DNA from: Felis catus
Taxonomy: Eukaryota
NCBI RefSeq assembly: GCF_018350175.1
Contig: NC_058369.1
Coordinates: 12,154,001 to 12,218,000 of the forward strand
Direction of reading: 5' to 3'
Length of the DNA: 64,000 bases
Shown: positions 1-12,500 of the stretch, piece after piece
How the letters are laid out: every line of letters begins with the position of its first letter
Position numbering within the stretch: the stretch's first letter is position 1
Notes under the pieces: generated by a model
The model's input: the letters and a program-made list of their open reading frames with translations, nothing else
Told to the model about the DNA's origin: nothing
Database searches by the model: none
Translations under genes and position numbers: made by a program

Positions 1-19
1 ACAACACACACAAAAAATA

Positions 20-459
20 GAAAGGAACAAGTGCTGTACGGAGTACCGGAACGTGCATTTCTGGTGGGAATGTAAGGTGATGCCGTGGCTGAGGACACCG
101 CTTTGGTGGCCCGTCACGAGCTTAAACGCGGAATCACCACAGGACCCGGCAATTCCACTCCCAAGTACAGACCCAAGATCATCGAAAACAGGTGCGCCAA
201 CAATCCCGCTCCACGCATGCTCACAGCAGCACCATTCACGACAGCCAAGAAACAGAGAGTCCAGAACGTGCAAATCCATAGAGACAGAAAGCAGAGCAGT
301 GGGTGTTAGGGGCCAGGGGAGGGGGCTGGGGAGTGAGTGTCCATGGGAACGGGGTTTTCTTTTGGGGGTGATGGGGTGTCTGGAATGGGTGGAGGTGGTG
401 GTCGAATTACACCGCGGGTTCGCTTCCCGCCCCTGAATCGTACACTTTGGAGAATGGTT
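20..459 (+). mobile_element. Old L1 (L1MB-like) 3' fragment; resumes ~988-1030 after an LTR insertion
   Basis: Motifs ggtgggaatgtaa, gacccggcaattccactc, cacagcagcaccattcac, caaatccatagagacagaaagcaga typical of L1M 3' ends. Confidence 0.75.
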
Positions 460-460
460 A

Positions 461-987
461 TGTAATAGACCGGATGTTCGTGTCCCCTCCAGATTCATAT
501 GTGGAAACCTAACCCCCAGGGTGACGGTGTTAGGAGGGGGGGCCTCTGGGAGGTGATCAGGTAAGGAGGGTGGAACCCCCACAAATGGGATCAGTGCCCT
601 TATAAAAGACCGCATAGAGGGGGGCCTGGGTGTTTCTGTCGGTTGGGCATCCGACTTCGGCTCGGGTCATGATCTCACGGTTCGTGGGTTCGAGCCCCGC
701 GTCGGGCTCTGTGCTGACAGGTCGGAGCCTGGAGCCTGCTTCCGATTCCATGTCTCTTCTCTCTCTGCCCCTCCCCGGCTCACGGTCTGTCTGTCTCTCA
801 AAAATAAATAAAAAACACTAAAAAAAAAAAGAAGAAGAAGAAGAACCCCCAGAGCTCCTGCCAAGTAAGGACATCTGCCAGCATCCAGATCTTGGACTTC
901 TCGCCTCCAGAACTTGGAGAAACGAATTTCTGTTTAAGCCACCCAGTCTGTGGTAATTTGCCACAGCACCCCAAACGGACTAAGACA
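461..987 (+). mobile_element. MLT1-type (ERVL-MaLR) solo LTR interrupted by a Can-SINE
   Basis: Starts tgtaatagac...attcatatgtggaaacctaacccc; ends tttaagccacccagtctgtggt...ggactaagaca (TG...CA termini). Confidence 0.75.
619..845 (+). mobile_element. Can-SINE (felid SINEC_Fc type)
   Basis: tRNA-like head with B box ggttcgagccc, (CT)n body, AATAAA and A/GAA tail. Confidence 0.9.
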
Positions 988-1041
988 GGTGGATTTTACG
1001 ATATATGACTGTCACCGCGATTTTTTAAAAAGTTAAAAAGA

Positions 1042-1269
1042 GGGGCGCCTGGGTGGCTCAGTCGGTTAAGCGTCCGACTTCAGCTCAGGTCACGATCTCA
1101 CGGTCCGTGAGTTTGAGCCCCGCGTCGGGCTCTGGGCTGACGGCTCAGAGCCTGGAGCCTGCTTCCCATTCTGTGTCTCCCTCTCTCTCTGTCCCTCCCC
1201 CATTCATGCTCTGTCTGTCTCAAAAATAAATAAACGTTAAAAACAATTTTTTTTAATAAATAAATAAAT
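1042..1269 (+). mobile_element. Can-SINE (SINEC_Fc) with TSD agttaaaaaga
   Basis: ggggcgcctgggtggctcagtcggttaagcgtccgact head; TSD at 1031-1041 and 1270-1280. Confidence 0.93.
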
Positions 1270-1906
1270 AGTTAAAAAGAAATACACAGAGCCAGAAGGT
1301 GCATATCTGAAACTCCCCTCCCCTCCCCCTTTCTCCGGGGGTCTCTGCCCAGCACCACCCTCCACGGCTGATTCAGCCTCCCTCCTAACAAACGGCCCAG
1401 GCCTCCTGCGTGTTCAAGGCCATCGGGGTCCCGCACGGCTTCCAAGGGTCAGACCTGACTGCCATGGGTTTAGCGACTATTTTCTCAGAGGGGCACTGTC
1501 CCCCGAGGCCACAGGCGCAGGTGTGACATTGCAGGCCATGAGTCAGGCCTTGGCCATGTTCCCGGCACAGCGGCTCATGAGTCAGGCAGGGAGAGCTGAC
1601 CGCCCCTCTGGTTTTTCTTGCCCTGCACACACCGGCATGGGACGAACCCTCTGTGGTTCATAAGTCATTGTTTGAGGTAAACAGCACAGATCGCTGAGTG
1701 CAAGGCTCCCCTGGGCCAGCGGAGCTCGCACTTTTCTTATTAAATTGCAAACGTCCAATATCTTTCATGCCTGCTGGTGACAGAGACGGTGAGAAGAGAT
1801 TTCCTTCCCAGAGCTGGGGAGGGGGCCGACTACCAAGCAGGGCCCCAGAATTTGCTGGAAATGCAAATCTCAGCTCTGAGGAACAGCTCTACCCCCCATG
1901 GTTAGA

Positions 1907-2108
1907 CCGAGGGTCTCTCTTCGGGCCGCCCCCGCGCCCGCCCCTGCCATGGGGGAAAACTTGAAGATGTTTTCGGTGGTCACGAGTGGGGGAGCCAGCT
2001 GGCATCTGGTGGTGGAGACCCAGGGACAATGCTCAACACCCTCCAGTGTGCGGGACGGCCCCTCCACGGAGAATGATGCTGCCTGAAACGAGGTTAGAAA
2101 GTCCTGCT
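1907..2108 (-). mobile_element. MER20-like hAT-Charlie DNA transposon remnant
   Basis: gatgttttcggtggtcac...ctggcatctggtggtggagacccagggac...gagaatgat, reverse-complement similar to the copy at 20508. Confidence 0.6.
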
Positions 2109-2739
2109 TAGGGGCCCCTGGACCCCAGTGCTCAGGCCGGTCTGCCCTGCCTTCTGAGAACATATTCTAGGGGTAATAGCAGCTTAACCACAGAGGCTTC
2201 CTCTTGCACCAGGGAACGGAATTGGTGGGTGTAAGCAGACCCCGGCTGCTATGTGACCTTCAGTAGGTATCTCAGCCTCTCTGAGCCTCCACTCTCCTCA
2301 GGGTAATTCAGACACCCTGACGGAGTTGCTGTGCCGGGCCAATCAAGTCCGAGCATGAAAATGGCCCAGTCCATGTTCTACAGGCTGTGTTCGAGAGAAG
2401 CATGCTTCAGACGTGTCTCTTGGAAGCACCTGCCACTCATCCCTCCACCGAGGCTGTAAAGCACCCCCCTCGGGGAACCGTGTAGGAAGAAGATCAGAGG
2501 ACCATCCCGGGGTTCCAGGCTCTGCAGCTGGCAAAGCTCTTTATACCCCTTTTCTCCGTCTTCCGGCCAAGCAACCCCTGGAAGGGGCTTGCATCCCGGG
2601 GCCTGACCGACTGCTCTCGTCATATTCTGGTGTCAAGGAACTGAAACTCCCTCTGGCTCCAAAAGGCGCTTGCGAAATGTTCATTCGGTGCCCCCGGCCA
2701 CAAAGCACAGGGTCGGCATCACGGCGACCAGTCGTGTGC

Positions 2740-3260
2740 AGGGCAAGTACCACTGGAATGAGGGGATGTGCCACCCCACCCCCTCCCACCTCTGGGTAGT
2801 TTTCTCTCCAAAATACCCAGCTCCCAGTCTAATCCCAAGAAAACATCAGATAATCCCAGACCGGGGGACGTTTGGACGTCCTGGGGGTGGGGGTGGGGGT
2901 GGGGGTGGAGTTACCTGGCCAGTGCTCCAAAATTCTGCTAAGGTCATGAGAAAAGCAAAGAAAGTGTCACAGACCAGACGAGACCGGGCCGTCGTGAGGA
3001 CTAAATGCCAGGTCCCATCCCGGAACCGAAAGAGAAAGTTTGGGGGAAAATCCGCAGGCGCATCCTAATGAGGTCTGAGTTAGTCAATAACACCGTCCCA
3101 CCGTCAATTTCTCGGTGTGGACAAATGTGCCGTGGGCTGTGATCCCCGTAAGATGCTCACTTTGGGCAAAGGGGACCCGAGAACTCCCAAGTATTACGTC
3201 TGCTGCTTCTCAGCAATTAGATTGGTCATTCCAACGTAGAAAGGTTATTTGCAAAAACAA
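2740..3260 (+). mobile_element. Old L1 (L1MC-like) 3' UTR fragment
   Basis: ccagtctaatc..agaaaacatcaga, aaggtcatgagaaa, gtcacagaccaga, gactaaatg, ggacaaatgt motifs. Confidence 0.5.
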
Positions 3261-3687
3261 CAATGACTCTAAGCTAAGAGAGGGAGGGGAAAGCAGTAAT
3301 ACCGGGAACATACTTACATGAAAACGTCATTTCTTGTCTATCTGACATTCAGATTTCACTGGGCGTCCGTGTTCCATCTGGCGACTCCAGACACGAGAAG
3401 GGGGGGCTCCATTAACTGGGGTGGGGAAGAGAGGGACAGGCTGGAGTTGAGGGGCGGGATAATGAGCCCCTATTTCACAGAAGCTCTTTAATAATTAATA
3501 ATAATAATCCTAATGGCGATGACAACAGTAATTGCGCCTCTGCCACGGCATTTCTCTCTCTCTCCACCCTGGTTGTTTGTGGGCGCGCCCCTGCCGGGCC
3601 CCGGGAACCTGCCCTGGGTGTCCTCGGTTGCATCCAGCCCCGGGCCGGCGTGCAGAGACCCCAGCTCTCCCCTCCAGACGGCTCCGG

Positions 3688-4149
3688 TGTGTAGGAGCTT
3701 CCTGTGGCCCCTGTAACACAAGACCACCAAATGGGTGGCTTGAAGCAGCAATGTGTTGTGTCACAGTCCTAGAGGCCAGAAGTCTGAAATCAAAGTGTGG
3801 GCGGGGTGGGCTCCTTCCGAAGGCTCCGAGAGAGAACCTGTCCCCGGCGTCTCTCCCGGCCTCTGTTGCTCCTTGGCGGCCACATCTCTCCCGTCTCTGC
3901 CTCTCCCTTCACATGGCCTTCTTCCTGTGTCCAAAACCCCTTCTCTTTTCTTATAAAGACACCTGTCACTGGGGTTAGCGCCCACCCTAAATCTGAGAGG
4001 GTCTCATCTCAACGTCTTTCACTTAATTACATCGGCTTTGCCTTATTTCTAAGATATTTCTACCTTATTTCTAAGATAAGGTAGCATTCAACGAATATGG
4101 GGGTTAGGATGCGGGCATAGCTTTCGGGGGAGCACCATTCACCCCACAA
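3688..4149 (-). mobile_element. MLT1-type solo LTR
   Basis: ggtggcttgaagcagca...cacagtcctagaggccagaagtctgaaatcaaagtgt...ttataaagacacctgtcactggg...accattcaacccca. Confidence 0.75.
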
Positions 4150-5219
4150 TACCATGGGTGTTTTTCCATCAGAGCTTGTCTAAGATTTTTCTACCCCTTG
4201 CCCCAAATTCAACTAGGAAAATGTGCTGGCCATTCACCCAGGGTCATGCAAAGCTGCACATGTTGTAGAACCAGGACCGAGAGGGGGCTGGCGGAGGGGG
4301 TCCCAAACCTCAGCCTCAGTTTCCTCATCTGTGAAGGGGGCTGGTTCCACCATCCAGGTGAGAGCCATCCTGTCCCAGGTGCAAGGACAGGGGGACAGGA
4401 GTGGCCCCACTCCTTGGCCAGTCCCATGGCTTGGCTCCCAGTGGGAAATGGGAGAAGCCCAGTGTTCCCGGGACAGCAGGAGAGAAAATGTATGTGGGAG
4501 ACAGAGCCGTCATGGGGGCTGGCGGAAGGGAACAGGACTGTGCATACAGAGGCTTTACATGGATTTCACCTCAATGAAAAACATTTGAAAGTGGAAAAAA
4601 AAAAAAAAAAAGACCTGAAAGATAGCTACCCTCCTTTGTTTTCCAAAGAAATTGTCCCAGGCATTCAGAAATACCCAGATGCCTGTCCCCAAAGATGCAG
4701 AACTCTATAAACAAACTTTAATCGTGTTAAGTGGGGTCCTTGGGTGATTTGCCCGTACAGAGTGTGGGGCCAGCCCGTTGAGTTCTTGTCATTATTAATG
4801 AGAGACGGTAATGATATAATTACATAATAAGATCATTATTTTCCACCCTGATCACAGTGCTGCGAGTCAGTGGGGTGAAGCAACACGCTAGAGGCTGCTC
4901 CCTGGGGAAGGGGCAGACGTTGATTCAAAGACAGCTCCTCGGGCCGATGATGCAAAACCAGGGCAAGACCCAGGGCGTGTCGGGCGCCTATCAAGTCTGA
5001 CCAGCCGCCCAAAGGGGTGACCTCGCCGTCAACGGCGCTGGACCCCAGCCGTCAAGGGCAGGGGAGGCTAGGACCCTCAAAGCGGGGAAAGACGTTCCTG
5101 CCTTTTCTAAACTGTTAGTGTGGGGTTGTCCCCGGCCTCCCAGAGGTGACGAGGCTAATACAGAATTATCGCACTTTCAGTCACAGCCTGCACCCGTCAG
5201 CAGGTGAAGGGACAATCGA

Positions 5220-5600
5220 GCTGTGGTCCAGCCGTCCGATGGAATGCCGCTCGGCAACGCGAAGGAACGGACACAGCGGCGGCGTGGACGACCCTCAAGC
5301 GGTGCCGAGTGAGAGAAGCCAGACACAAAGGACCACACTGTACGATTGCACTGATGTGAGAGGTCCAGGAAGGGCAACCCTGTAGACCCAGAAAGCACAT
5401 CGGTGGTTGCTGGGGGCCGGGGGCAGCTGTGGAGGAGGGACAGCCAAGGGGCAGGAGGCACATCCCTGGGGTGCCAGAACGTTCTAAAGCTGGATCGTGG
5501 TGACGTTTGCGCCACCTGGCAAATTCTACACTTTGTAGATGATCCCGCCGAGACTCTAAATAAAATTTCAAAGAACAAGATACACATACATCTAAATAAA
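5220..5600 (+). mobile_element. Old L1 3' fragment
   Basis: gagtgagagaagccagacacaaaggaccacactgtacgatt...gttctaaagctggatcgtggtga. Confidence 0.6.
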
Positions 5601-5695
5601 ACATTGCAATCTAAATAAAATTAAAAAGCTTGAGGGCAATGAAAAGTAAATCTGAAGAAAAATTGTACATTTTTAAATAAATAAAAGTACATCTA

Positions 5696-5903
5696 GGGGC
5701 GCCTGGGCGGCTCCGTCGGTTGAGCGTCCGACTTCGGCTCAGGTCATGATCTCGCGGTCCGTGAGTTCGAGCCCCGAGTCGAGCTCTGGGCTGATGGAGC
5801 CTGGAGCCTGCTTCGAATTCTGTGTCCGCCTCCACCCCCCTCTCTCTGCCCCTCCCCTGCTCGCGCTCTGTCTCTTTATCAAAAATAATAAACATTTAAA
5901 AAT
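5696..5903 (+). mobile_element. Can-SINE (SINEC_Fc)
   Basis: Head, B box gagttcgagccc, CT-rich body, AATAAA tail. Confidence 0.9.
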
Positions 5904-6619
5904 TCATATAAAAGAATAAAAATAGGTAAGTCTCAATATAACTTTAAAATTAAAACCTGAAGTAAAACTTAACCTTTTTAAACAACTTGAAAAGCAGCCC
6001 CTGGCCCAGATAGTATGGCCAAAGAGGGAACAAGAAAATCTCAGCAAAGAAATAAAAATCGCTCTCAAGTCTGTCATCACTAATAAACTGTACCTTTTAT
6101 GACCAGGTGCTTGAGACATCCCTGATGTTGAACATCCAGACCACCGATCCAAAGATCACAGATCCAAAGATCTGTCTTCAGATTCACCCCAGTATAGACA
6201 CCTGAGAAACAAGCACGCGCGGGGACCAGCTTATTCCGGCCAACAGCTGGCCAGTAAGAAGTATTCCATAAATGTCTATTAAGCGCACACTGAGAGGCAG
6301 CGACGGATTGGGGAGCCAGTTCAGACTCTGGAGTCCAAAGGCAGTCCCGCTGGCTTCTCCCCGTGGAACCGGCTTCTCTAAGCTTCAGGCCAGACATTCA
6401 GTATTTTCTGCTTGCAGACCATCTATCTATCTCCTCCCGGACATAGTCTTAATATACCCACTACCGGGCATGGCTGCGTGCCAATAAAACATAGGTGCGG
6501 ACACCTATGAAATTCAATTTTCATAGGATGTTCACATGCCATAAAATATCCTCTATTTTCCCCCGGCCATTCATAAATGTAAAAACCACGCTTAGCTATT
6601 AGCCCAGCCAAAGCTGCTG

Positions 6620-7125
6620 TGGTCCCATAGGGTGTGATTCCGTGTATCCAAAACGTCCAGAAGAGAATAGCCAGAGAGACAGCGAGCAGATTGGTGGTTG
6701 CCAGGGGCGGGGGGTGGGGTGGCGGGGTGGGGAGTGGCTGCTCATGTGGATGGGGTTTCTTTTTGGGGTGATAGAAACGTTCCACAACCAGAGGTGATGG
6801 TTGTACAGCACTGTGAATGTCCTAAATGCCGCTGCGTTGTTCCCTTTAAAATGGTTAATTGCGGGGCGCCTGGGTGGCGCAGTCGGTTAAGCGTCCGACT
6901 CAGCCAGGTCACGATCTCGCGGTCCGGGAGTTCGAGCCCCGCGTCAGGCTCTGGGCTGATGGCTCAGAGCCTGGAGCCTGTTTCCTATTCTGTGTCTCCC
7001 TCTCGCTCTGCCCCTCCCCCGTTCATGCTCTGTCTCTCTCTGTCCCAAAAATAAATAAACGTTGAAAAAAAAATAAAAAAAAATGGTTAATTGCATATTA
7101 CGCGAATTTCGCCTTGATAAGAAAA
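6620..7125 (+). mobile_element. Old L1 3' end hosting a Can-SINE
   Basis: tgtgattccg...agagacagcgagcagattggtggttgccagggg...ggtgatggttgtacagcactgtgaatgt...aaaatggttaatt. Confidence 0.7.
6863..7079 (+). mobile_element. Young-looking Can-SINE (SINEC_Fc) with 15-bp TSD aaaatggttaattgc
   Basis: Near-identical to the copy at 22391; perfect TSD at 6848-6862 and 7080-7094. Confidence 0.95.
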
Positions 7126-7224
7126 TTATATACACATGTATACGTGTGTATAATGAACATGCATATAATTAGCATACGCACAACATGCAAAGAATAATAC
7201 TATGAATGTAGTTTTGATACATAT

Positions 7225-7438
7225 ATATTATTTTTCGGGAGGGAGCGTGCGTGAGCACGTGCATGTGCGGGCGCACACGAGCGAGCGGGACAGGGGCAGA
7301 CAGAGAGAGAATCATAAGCAGATCCACTCCACGCTGATGTGGAGCCAGACGGGGGCTCGATCTCATGACTGTGAGATCGTGACCCGAGCCAAAATCGAGA
7401 GTCGGACGCCTAACCGACTGGAGTCACCCAGGCGCCCT
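7225..7438 (-). mobile_element. Older Can-SINE, minus strand
   Basis: ggggctcgatctcatgactgtgagatcgtgacccgagccaaaatcgagagtcggacgcctaaccgactg...ccaggcgccc. Confidence 0.85.
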
Positions 7439-7786
7439 GACATTTTGACTTTTTTTTTTTTTTTAAAGCTGTAAGCCAGCGTGGGCCAGCCCTTGATTTG
7501 GACAAATAAATAAACACAGCTACCAGCACTGGAAGGCCTCTTGCAGGAAAAGTCCTTTATATGCAATGTCTCTTATCTTCATCAATATGTGATGAGGCAT
7601 TCTCATGTCCTTTGATGGATGAGGGACTGAGGTTCAAAAAGAGAAAGCCATTCAGTCAAGGTCACTGAGATGCAGGTGCTGGGGCCAGGATCTGACCTAG
7701 GGTTCTGGCTGAGCCCCCCTGTTCCTTCCATCGCTCACCATGCTACACAGACCTTCTGTGAGGATTAAACAAGAAAACTACACGTA

Positions 7787-8005
7787 GGGGCGCCTGGGGG
7801 GCTCAGTCGGTTGAGCGGCCGACTTCGGCTCAGGTCATGATCTCGCGGTCCGTGGGTTCGAGCCCCGCGTCGGGCTCTGTGCTGACAGCTCGGAGCCTGG
7901 AGCCTGCTTCCGATTCTGGGTCTCCCTGTCTCTCTGCCCCTCCCCCACTCACGCTGTGTCTCTCTCTCTCTCCCTAAAAATGAATAAACATTAAAAACTT
8001 GAAAA
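7787..8005 (+). mobile_element. Can-SINE (SINEC_Fc) inserted in a MIR, TSD aagaaaactacacg
   Basis: Full head, body and tail; TSD at 7771-7784 and 8006-8019. Confidence 0.93.
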
Positions 8006-9961
8006 AAGAAAACTACACGCAGTTCTTCAGTGTATCGCTTGGCATACAGTAGGTGCTTAATAAGCGTTGTTCCCCTCCTACTCTCCTGTCCTCTATATCA
8101 ACAAGACTAAGACCACTGTGGCCTGACTGGCAGGAAGACGATGCGGGATTCTCACAAAAGTCCATCGGTCATCAACCAAGTGAGAGTTAGCACCCTCCCC
8201 CACATACTCACTACTTAATTGTCCATAAGCACCAAGAAAGTTCCGGAGATGGTGAGGCAAATCGGAAAGCGCCCTTTCTTACTGGGCCTCGGCTCTGAGC
8301 ACAGCAGCAGCAAGGTGCTGACCGGAGACAAGACACCCGCTTGTAGGGGCGTCCTTGCACACGTTACTTCCCATCCCCGAGAAATGCCGCACTGCCATAC
8401 ATCTTTGCAACATGGGGAGCTGGGTTTGGCAACATGCCGCAGAAAGCTTGCGCAAACCCGGGCAGAAACACCCCAGCCGGCCCAGCTGGGAGTCATTGTC
8501 CAGTTGCTGCTGTCCAGCAGCTATAACTCCTCTAAAGCACTCATAGCTTGTCTTGAAAGCTCAGCTGTATTTTAGGTGACGTGTTTTCTGTAGAATTCCT
8601 AAGTACTTGCTCTTGGGAGTTGGGCCAAGTGCACACAATAGCTATTTGGGGCAGAACAGCTGGTAAAGGGAGAGGCAGTCTAGACTCCAGGAGAAAAGCA
8701 GAAGGAAGTAGAGGACACTGGAAGTGGTCAGGACCCAGTTAAAGGAGACTGGAAGCTCCCTGCGGGCAGAAAGGGGCCGGGTAGTTCTTTAGCTTCCGCT
8801 CCCCATCCGGCAGAGCATGGAGAGAGGGAGCTCAATATTTATCCGTTGCTCAGACTAAAATCTTCTGATCTGTAGGCTTCGTGAGCCCTTAAAGATAGAT
8901 GGCAGGAGATGGTAAAAGCCAAGCAGCACACGCACCCTGCATACAAGTCTCTCACAGTTACAGACATCACCAATCAATCCCAGACAGACATCAGACATCA
9001 CCAATCAATCACAGCACTGTTTCCGAGCACTGAGGCCAGGTACCGTCTCAGAATCTGCGCCCGCTCGGTGCTCAAAACAGCATCCATGGATGGGAGGGAA
9101 ATGATCTGTCCCCACTCCGCCGGCCCCCGGCTTAGACTATTAACGTTGACTTGTTAGGAGAGGATGAGAGGCCTTGGCAAAGACATCAGAATGAGGGCAT
9201 CACCATCAAGAGGCATAAAGCTCCCAACTCTGAGGGTGACAGCAAGGTACAGACACAGAGCCGGTCCCTACCCTTTTGGAACTTACCAGTGGCACTTAGG
9301 GAGAAGAGTGGTCATTTACTTAGCATTATCAGCTCACTTACCAGTCACATACCCTCTGTAGATGCCCCTATCGTCCCCTACTTGCCAAGGAGAAGTCACC
9401 CAGCTGGAAAGAGGCAGCCCTGGGCACCTGTCTCCTTCTCCAACAGCATCATCACCTGAGACGTCACCGGGACACATTCACATGGGTATGTGCGGCCTGG
9501 ATAGCAGGGCGATGGGACCACAGCACGAGGGACGCCGTGCTCTGAGCCCCCCACTGCCGGTCCTCTCCCTCCGCCTGGGATCCCCGACCCGGCTCATCCA
9601 CTCAGACAGACAGCAGACACACTTGGGTGTCTACACACACCATCTCCCATGGCACAATGCAACCGAGGCCCAGAGAGGTTACACGACACGCCCAAGGTCA
9701 CACAGGTAGAGTGGCAACCAAAGGCCACATTCTCTCCGTTCACCGGAGGCTCTGAGGGTGGGTTCTGTTCACCAGGTGCTCTGCTGAAGTGTCTCACGCT
9801 GCCCTGGGAGGTCCTCCGTGGGTGGCCGGCATCCTCACATCAGGTTTCAACACCAGGCCCACAGCTGGGCCTGGGAGATGAATCAAGGGAGGCCCCTGCC
9901 TTTGGGGGGGGGGCTCCCTGTCTGGAGAGGAAGCCAGGAAGGAGAACAGCTGCTTACATGG

Positions 9962-10426
9962 TGTCTGAGCTTCCTGGGGCTGCCGCAAAAAAAAAAAAAA
10001 AGAAAAAAAAAAGAAACGAAAAGACACACACTGGGTGGCTTAATACAACAGAAATGCGTTCTCTTACTGTTCGGGGGGCCAGAAGTCTGAAATTAAGGTG
10101 TTGACAGGGTGAGCTCCTTTCAATGATGTTCAGAGGCAGAATCCGTCCCAGGTTTCCAGGGGCTCCCAGCAGCCTTGGCTGGTAGCTGCATCGCTCGGAT
10201 TTCTTCCCCCCGCCTTCACATGGCCATCTTCTCTGTGCCGGTGTCTCTGTGTCCTTTCTCGCACGAGGACGCTTACCCTTGGATTCAGGGCCCATCCTAA
10301 CCCACGATGATCTCACCTCAAGACCCCTAATTACATCGGCGAAGACCCTCTTTCCGAACAGGGCCGCGTTCGCAGGGACCGGGGGTTAGGACTTGGACGT
10401 ATTTTTAGGGCCACATTCAAGCCACT
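9962..10426 (-). mobile_element. MLT1-type solo LTR with an internal A-rich expansion
   Basis: ctgggtggcttaatacaacagaaatg...ggccagaagtctgaaattaaggtgttg...ggattcagggcccatcctaa...gccacattcaagcc; similar to 3688-4149. Confidence 0.75.
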
Positions 10427-10862
10427 CGCTATGGTGACAAGGAAGGTCCCAGGGGAAGGGCTGAGGAGGAGAAAGTGTGGACAGTCCCGCAGGAGCAGAG
10501 AGCCACCCACAGAAGTTCCTGTGGGGAGCCCCAGGAGATACCTCCACTCGCTTGCTTGCTCCACCCTGCCCGTTGAATGTTTATTGAGTGCCTACTGTGT
10601 GCTGGGCTGGGCTGGGCCGGGCCTAGAGAACACAATGGATCCGGTGTAGACCTGCTCCCTCCCCTTCCATGCAGTTCTCGCACTGCTTGTGGGAGTGACA
10701 GAAAAGAAAGCAAACAGTCGGATAAAAATGAGCAAAAGTAAAAACTGTTGTAAAACAAACCAAGGAGGCAGAGAAAGGAACTACACAGCATGGGCGGGGT
10801 CAGCGGAGCCTGAAAAGCCCACACTCACACTGAAATGTACGGATGATGAACTCAGACGCCCT

Positions 10863-11083
10863 TTTCTTTTCTTTTTTAAAATTTTTTTAATGTTTACTTA
10901 TTTTTGAGAGACAGAGCGTGAGCGGGGGAAGGGCAGAGAGAGAGGGAGACACAGAATCGGAAGCAGGCTCCAGGCACCGAGCTATCAGCACAGAGCCCGA
11001 CGGGGGGCTCGAACCCACAAGCCACAAGATCATGACCTGAGCTGAAGTCGGATGCTTAACCGACCGAGCCACCCAGGTGCCCC
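10863..11083 (-). mobile_element. Can-SINE (SINEC_Fc), minus strand
   Basis: T-rich tail, gagagacagag body, ends gagccacccaggtgcccc. Confidence 0.92.
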
Positions 11084-11089
11084 TCGGAC

Positions 11090-12500
11090 ATCCTTTTCCA
11101 GGACCAAATGGTCCTGGAACCACTGGGTATTCACACGCCAAAAAAATAATTTTTTTAACTCAAGACAGATCATTCACTTATGGGTAAAATGCAAAACTAT
11201 AAACCTTCTAGATGATAACATAGGGGAAAACCAGGATGCCCTTGGGTTTGGCAATTTTTTAGATTTAAGACCCAAAGTACCATCCTGAAAGGAAACTACG
11301 ATATGCTGGCCTTCCTTAAAACGAAAATTTTCTGCTCTGCAGAAGGCAGAGATTCTCTGCTAGAGATTCGAAAGACAAGCCACAGATTAGGAGAAAAACT
11401 TTGCAAAACACCTGTCTGGTAAAGGACCGGTGCCCAAAGTATACAAACAACTCTTAAAACTCCATAAGAAAACAAACAGCCCGGTCAAAAACCGAGCCAA
11501 AGATCTGAACAGACCCCTCACCGACGAAGATACACAGATGGGAGAGAAGCAAATGACAAGATGCTCCACATCAGATGGCATCGAGATACCGCGAATTAGA
11601 AACATCCGTGAGATACCACCACAAACCTATTAGAAGGGCTGAAACACAGAACACCGACAGCACCAAATGCTGGCAAGGATGCGGAGCAGTGGGAACTCTC
11701 ATTCATTCGCTGCTGGCGGGAATACAACCGGTGCTACCACTTTAGAAGACTGGGGGTCTTCTACAAATCGAAACATAGTCCTAGCCTATGATCCATCAGT
11801 CGTGTCCCTAAGAGTTTACCCAACTAACTTGAAAACGTGCCCGTGCGCAAAGTTGCACATGAATGTTTACAGTAGCCGTATTCAACATAGATTCGATCTA
11901 GCACCTACATCGCCAAAAACTGGAAGCAATCCAGAGGTCCCTCAATGGGTAAATGGATACACTGTGGTCCCTCTGTCCATATCGCCGAGTATGATTCAGC
12001 AACGACAACAAAAAGAAACGAGTTCTCAAACCACAGAAAGACGAGGAGGAATCTTAGACGCGCACTGCAGAGTGAGAAGAGGCCAGGCTGAAAAAACTAC
12101 CTACTGTATGAGCTACAAGTATAGGGATTCTGGAAAAGCCAAACTATGGGACCTCACCAGGGATTCGGGAGGAGGGAGACAGGGAGAGGTGGATGGAGCC
12201 CAGGGGACTTTTAAGGCAGCAAAACCATTCTGTATGATGGCGTAAGTGTGGACACACGACGTGCATTTGCCAAAACCCAGAAAATGGAAAACAGCCAGAG
12301 TTTACCCCCGACTGTCAACTGTGGACTTCAGTTAACGACGATGCATCCATACTGGCTCATCAATGGTAACAAATGTATCGCGTGAGGGCAGGTGTAAGTG
12401 ACAGGAGAAACGGTTAACCGGGAGGGGGCGTATATGGGAACCCTGTATACTTACTGTCCATGTTTTCTGTAAACCTAACAGCACCTACAAAAGTCAAGCT
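11090..12500 (+). mobile_element. Old L1 (L1MC/MD-like): degraded end of ORF2 plus 3' UTR
   Basis: aaaactataaaccttctaga, agacaagccacagattaggagaaaa, gccaaagatctgaacagac; ORF 11430..11633 resembles L1 ORF2 C-terminus (KDLNRPLTDEDTQMGEKQMTRCSTS). Confidence 0.85.

Noticed and set aside
1042..1130. tRNA-like A/B box sequences
   Set aside because: Heads of tRNA-derived Can-SINEs, not tRNA genes.
2883..2908. (GGGGGT)n G-quadruplex-capable run
   Set aside because: Simple expansion inside an old L1 fragment; G-runs are common across this window.
11667..12245. 192-aa ORF
   Set aside because: Lies within a degraded L1; not an intact ORF2 or host gene.
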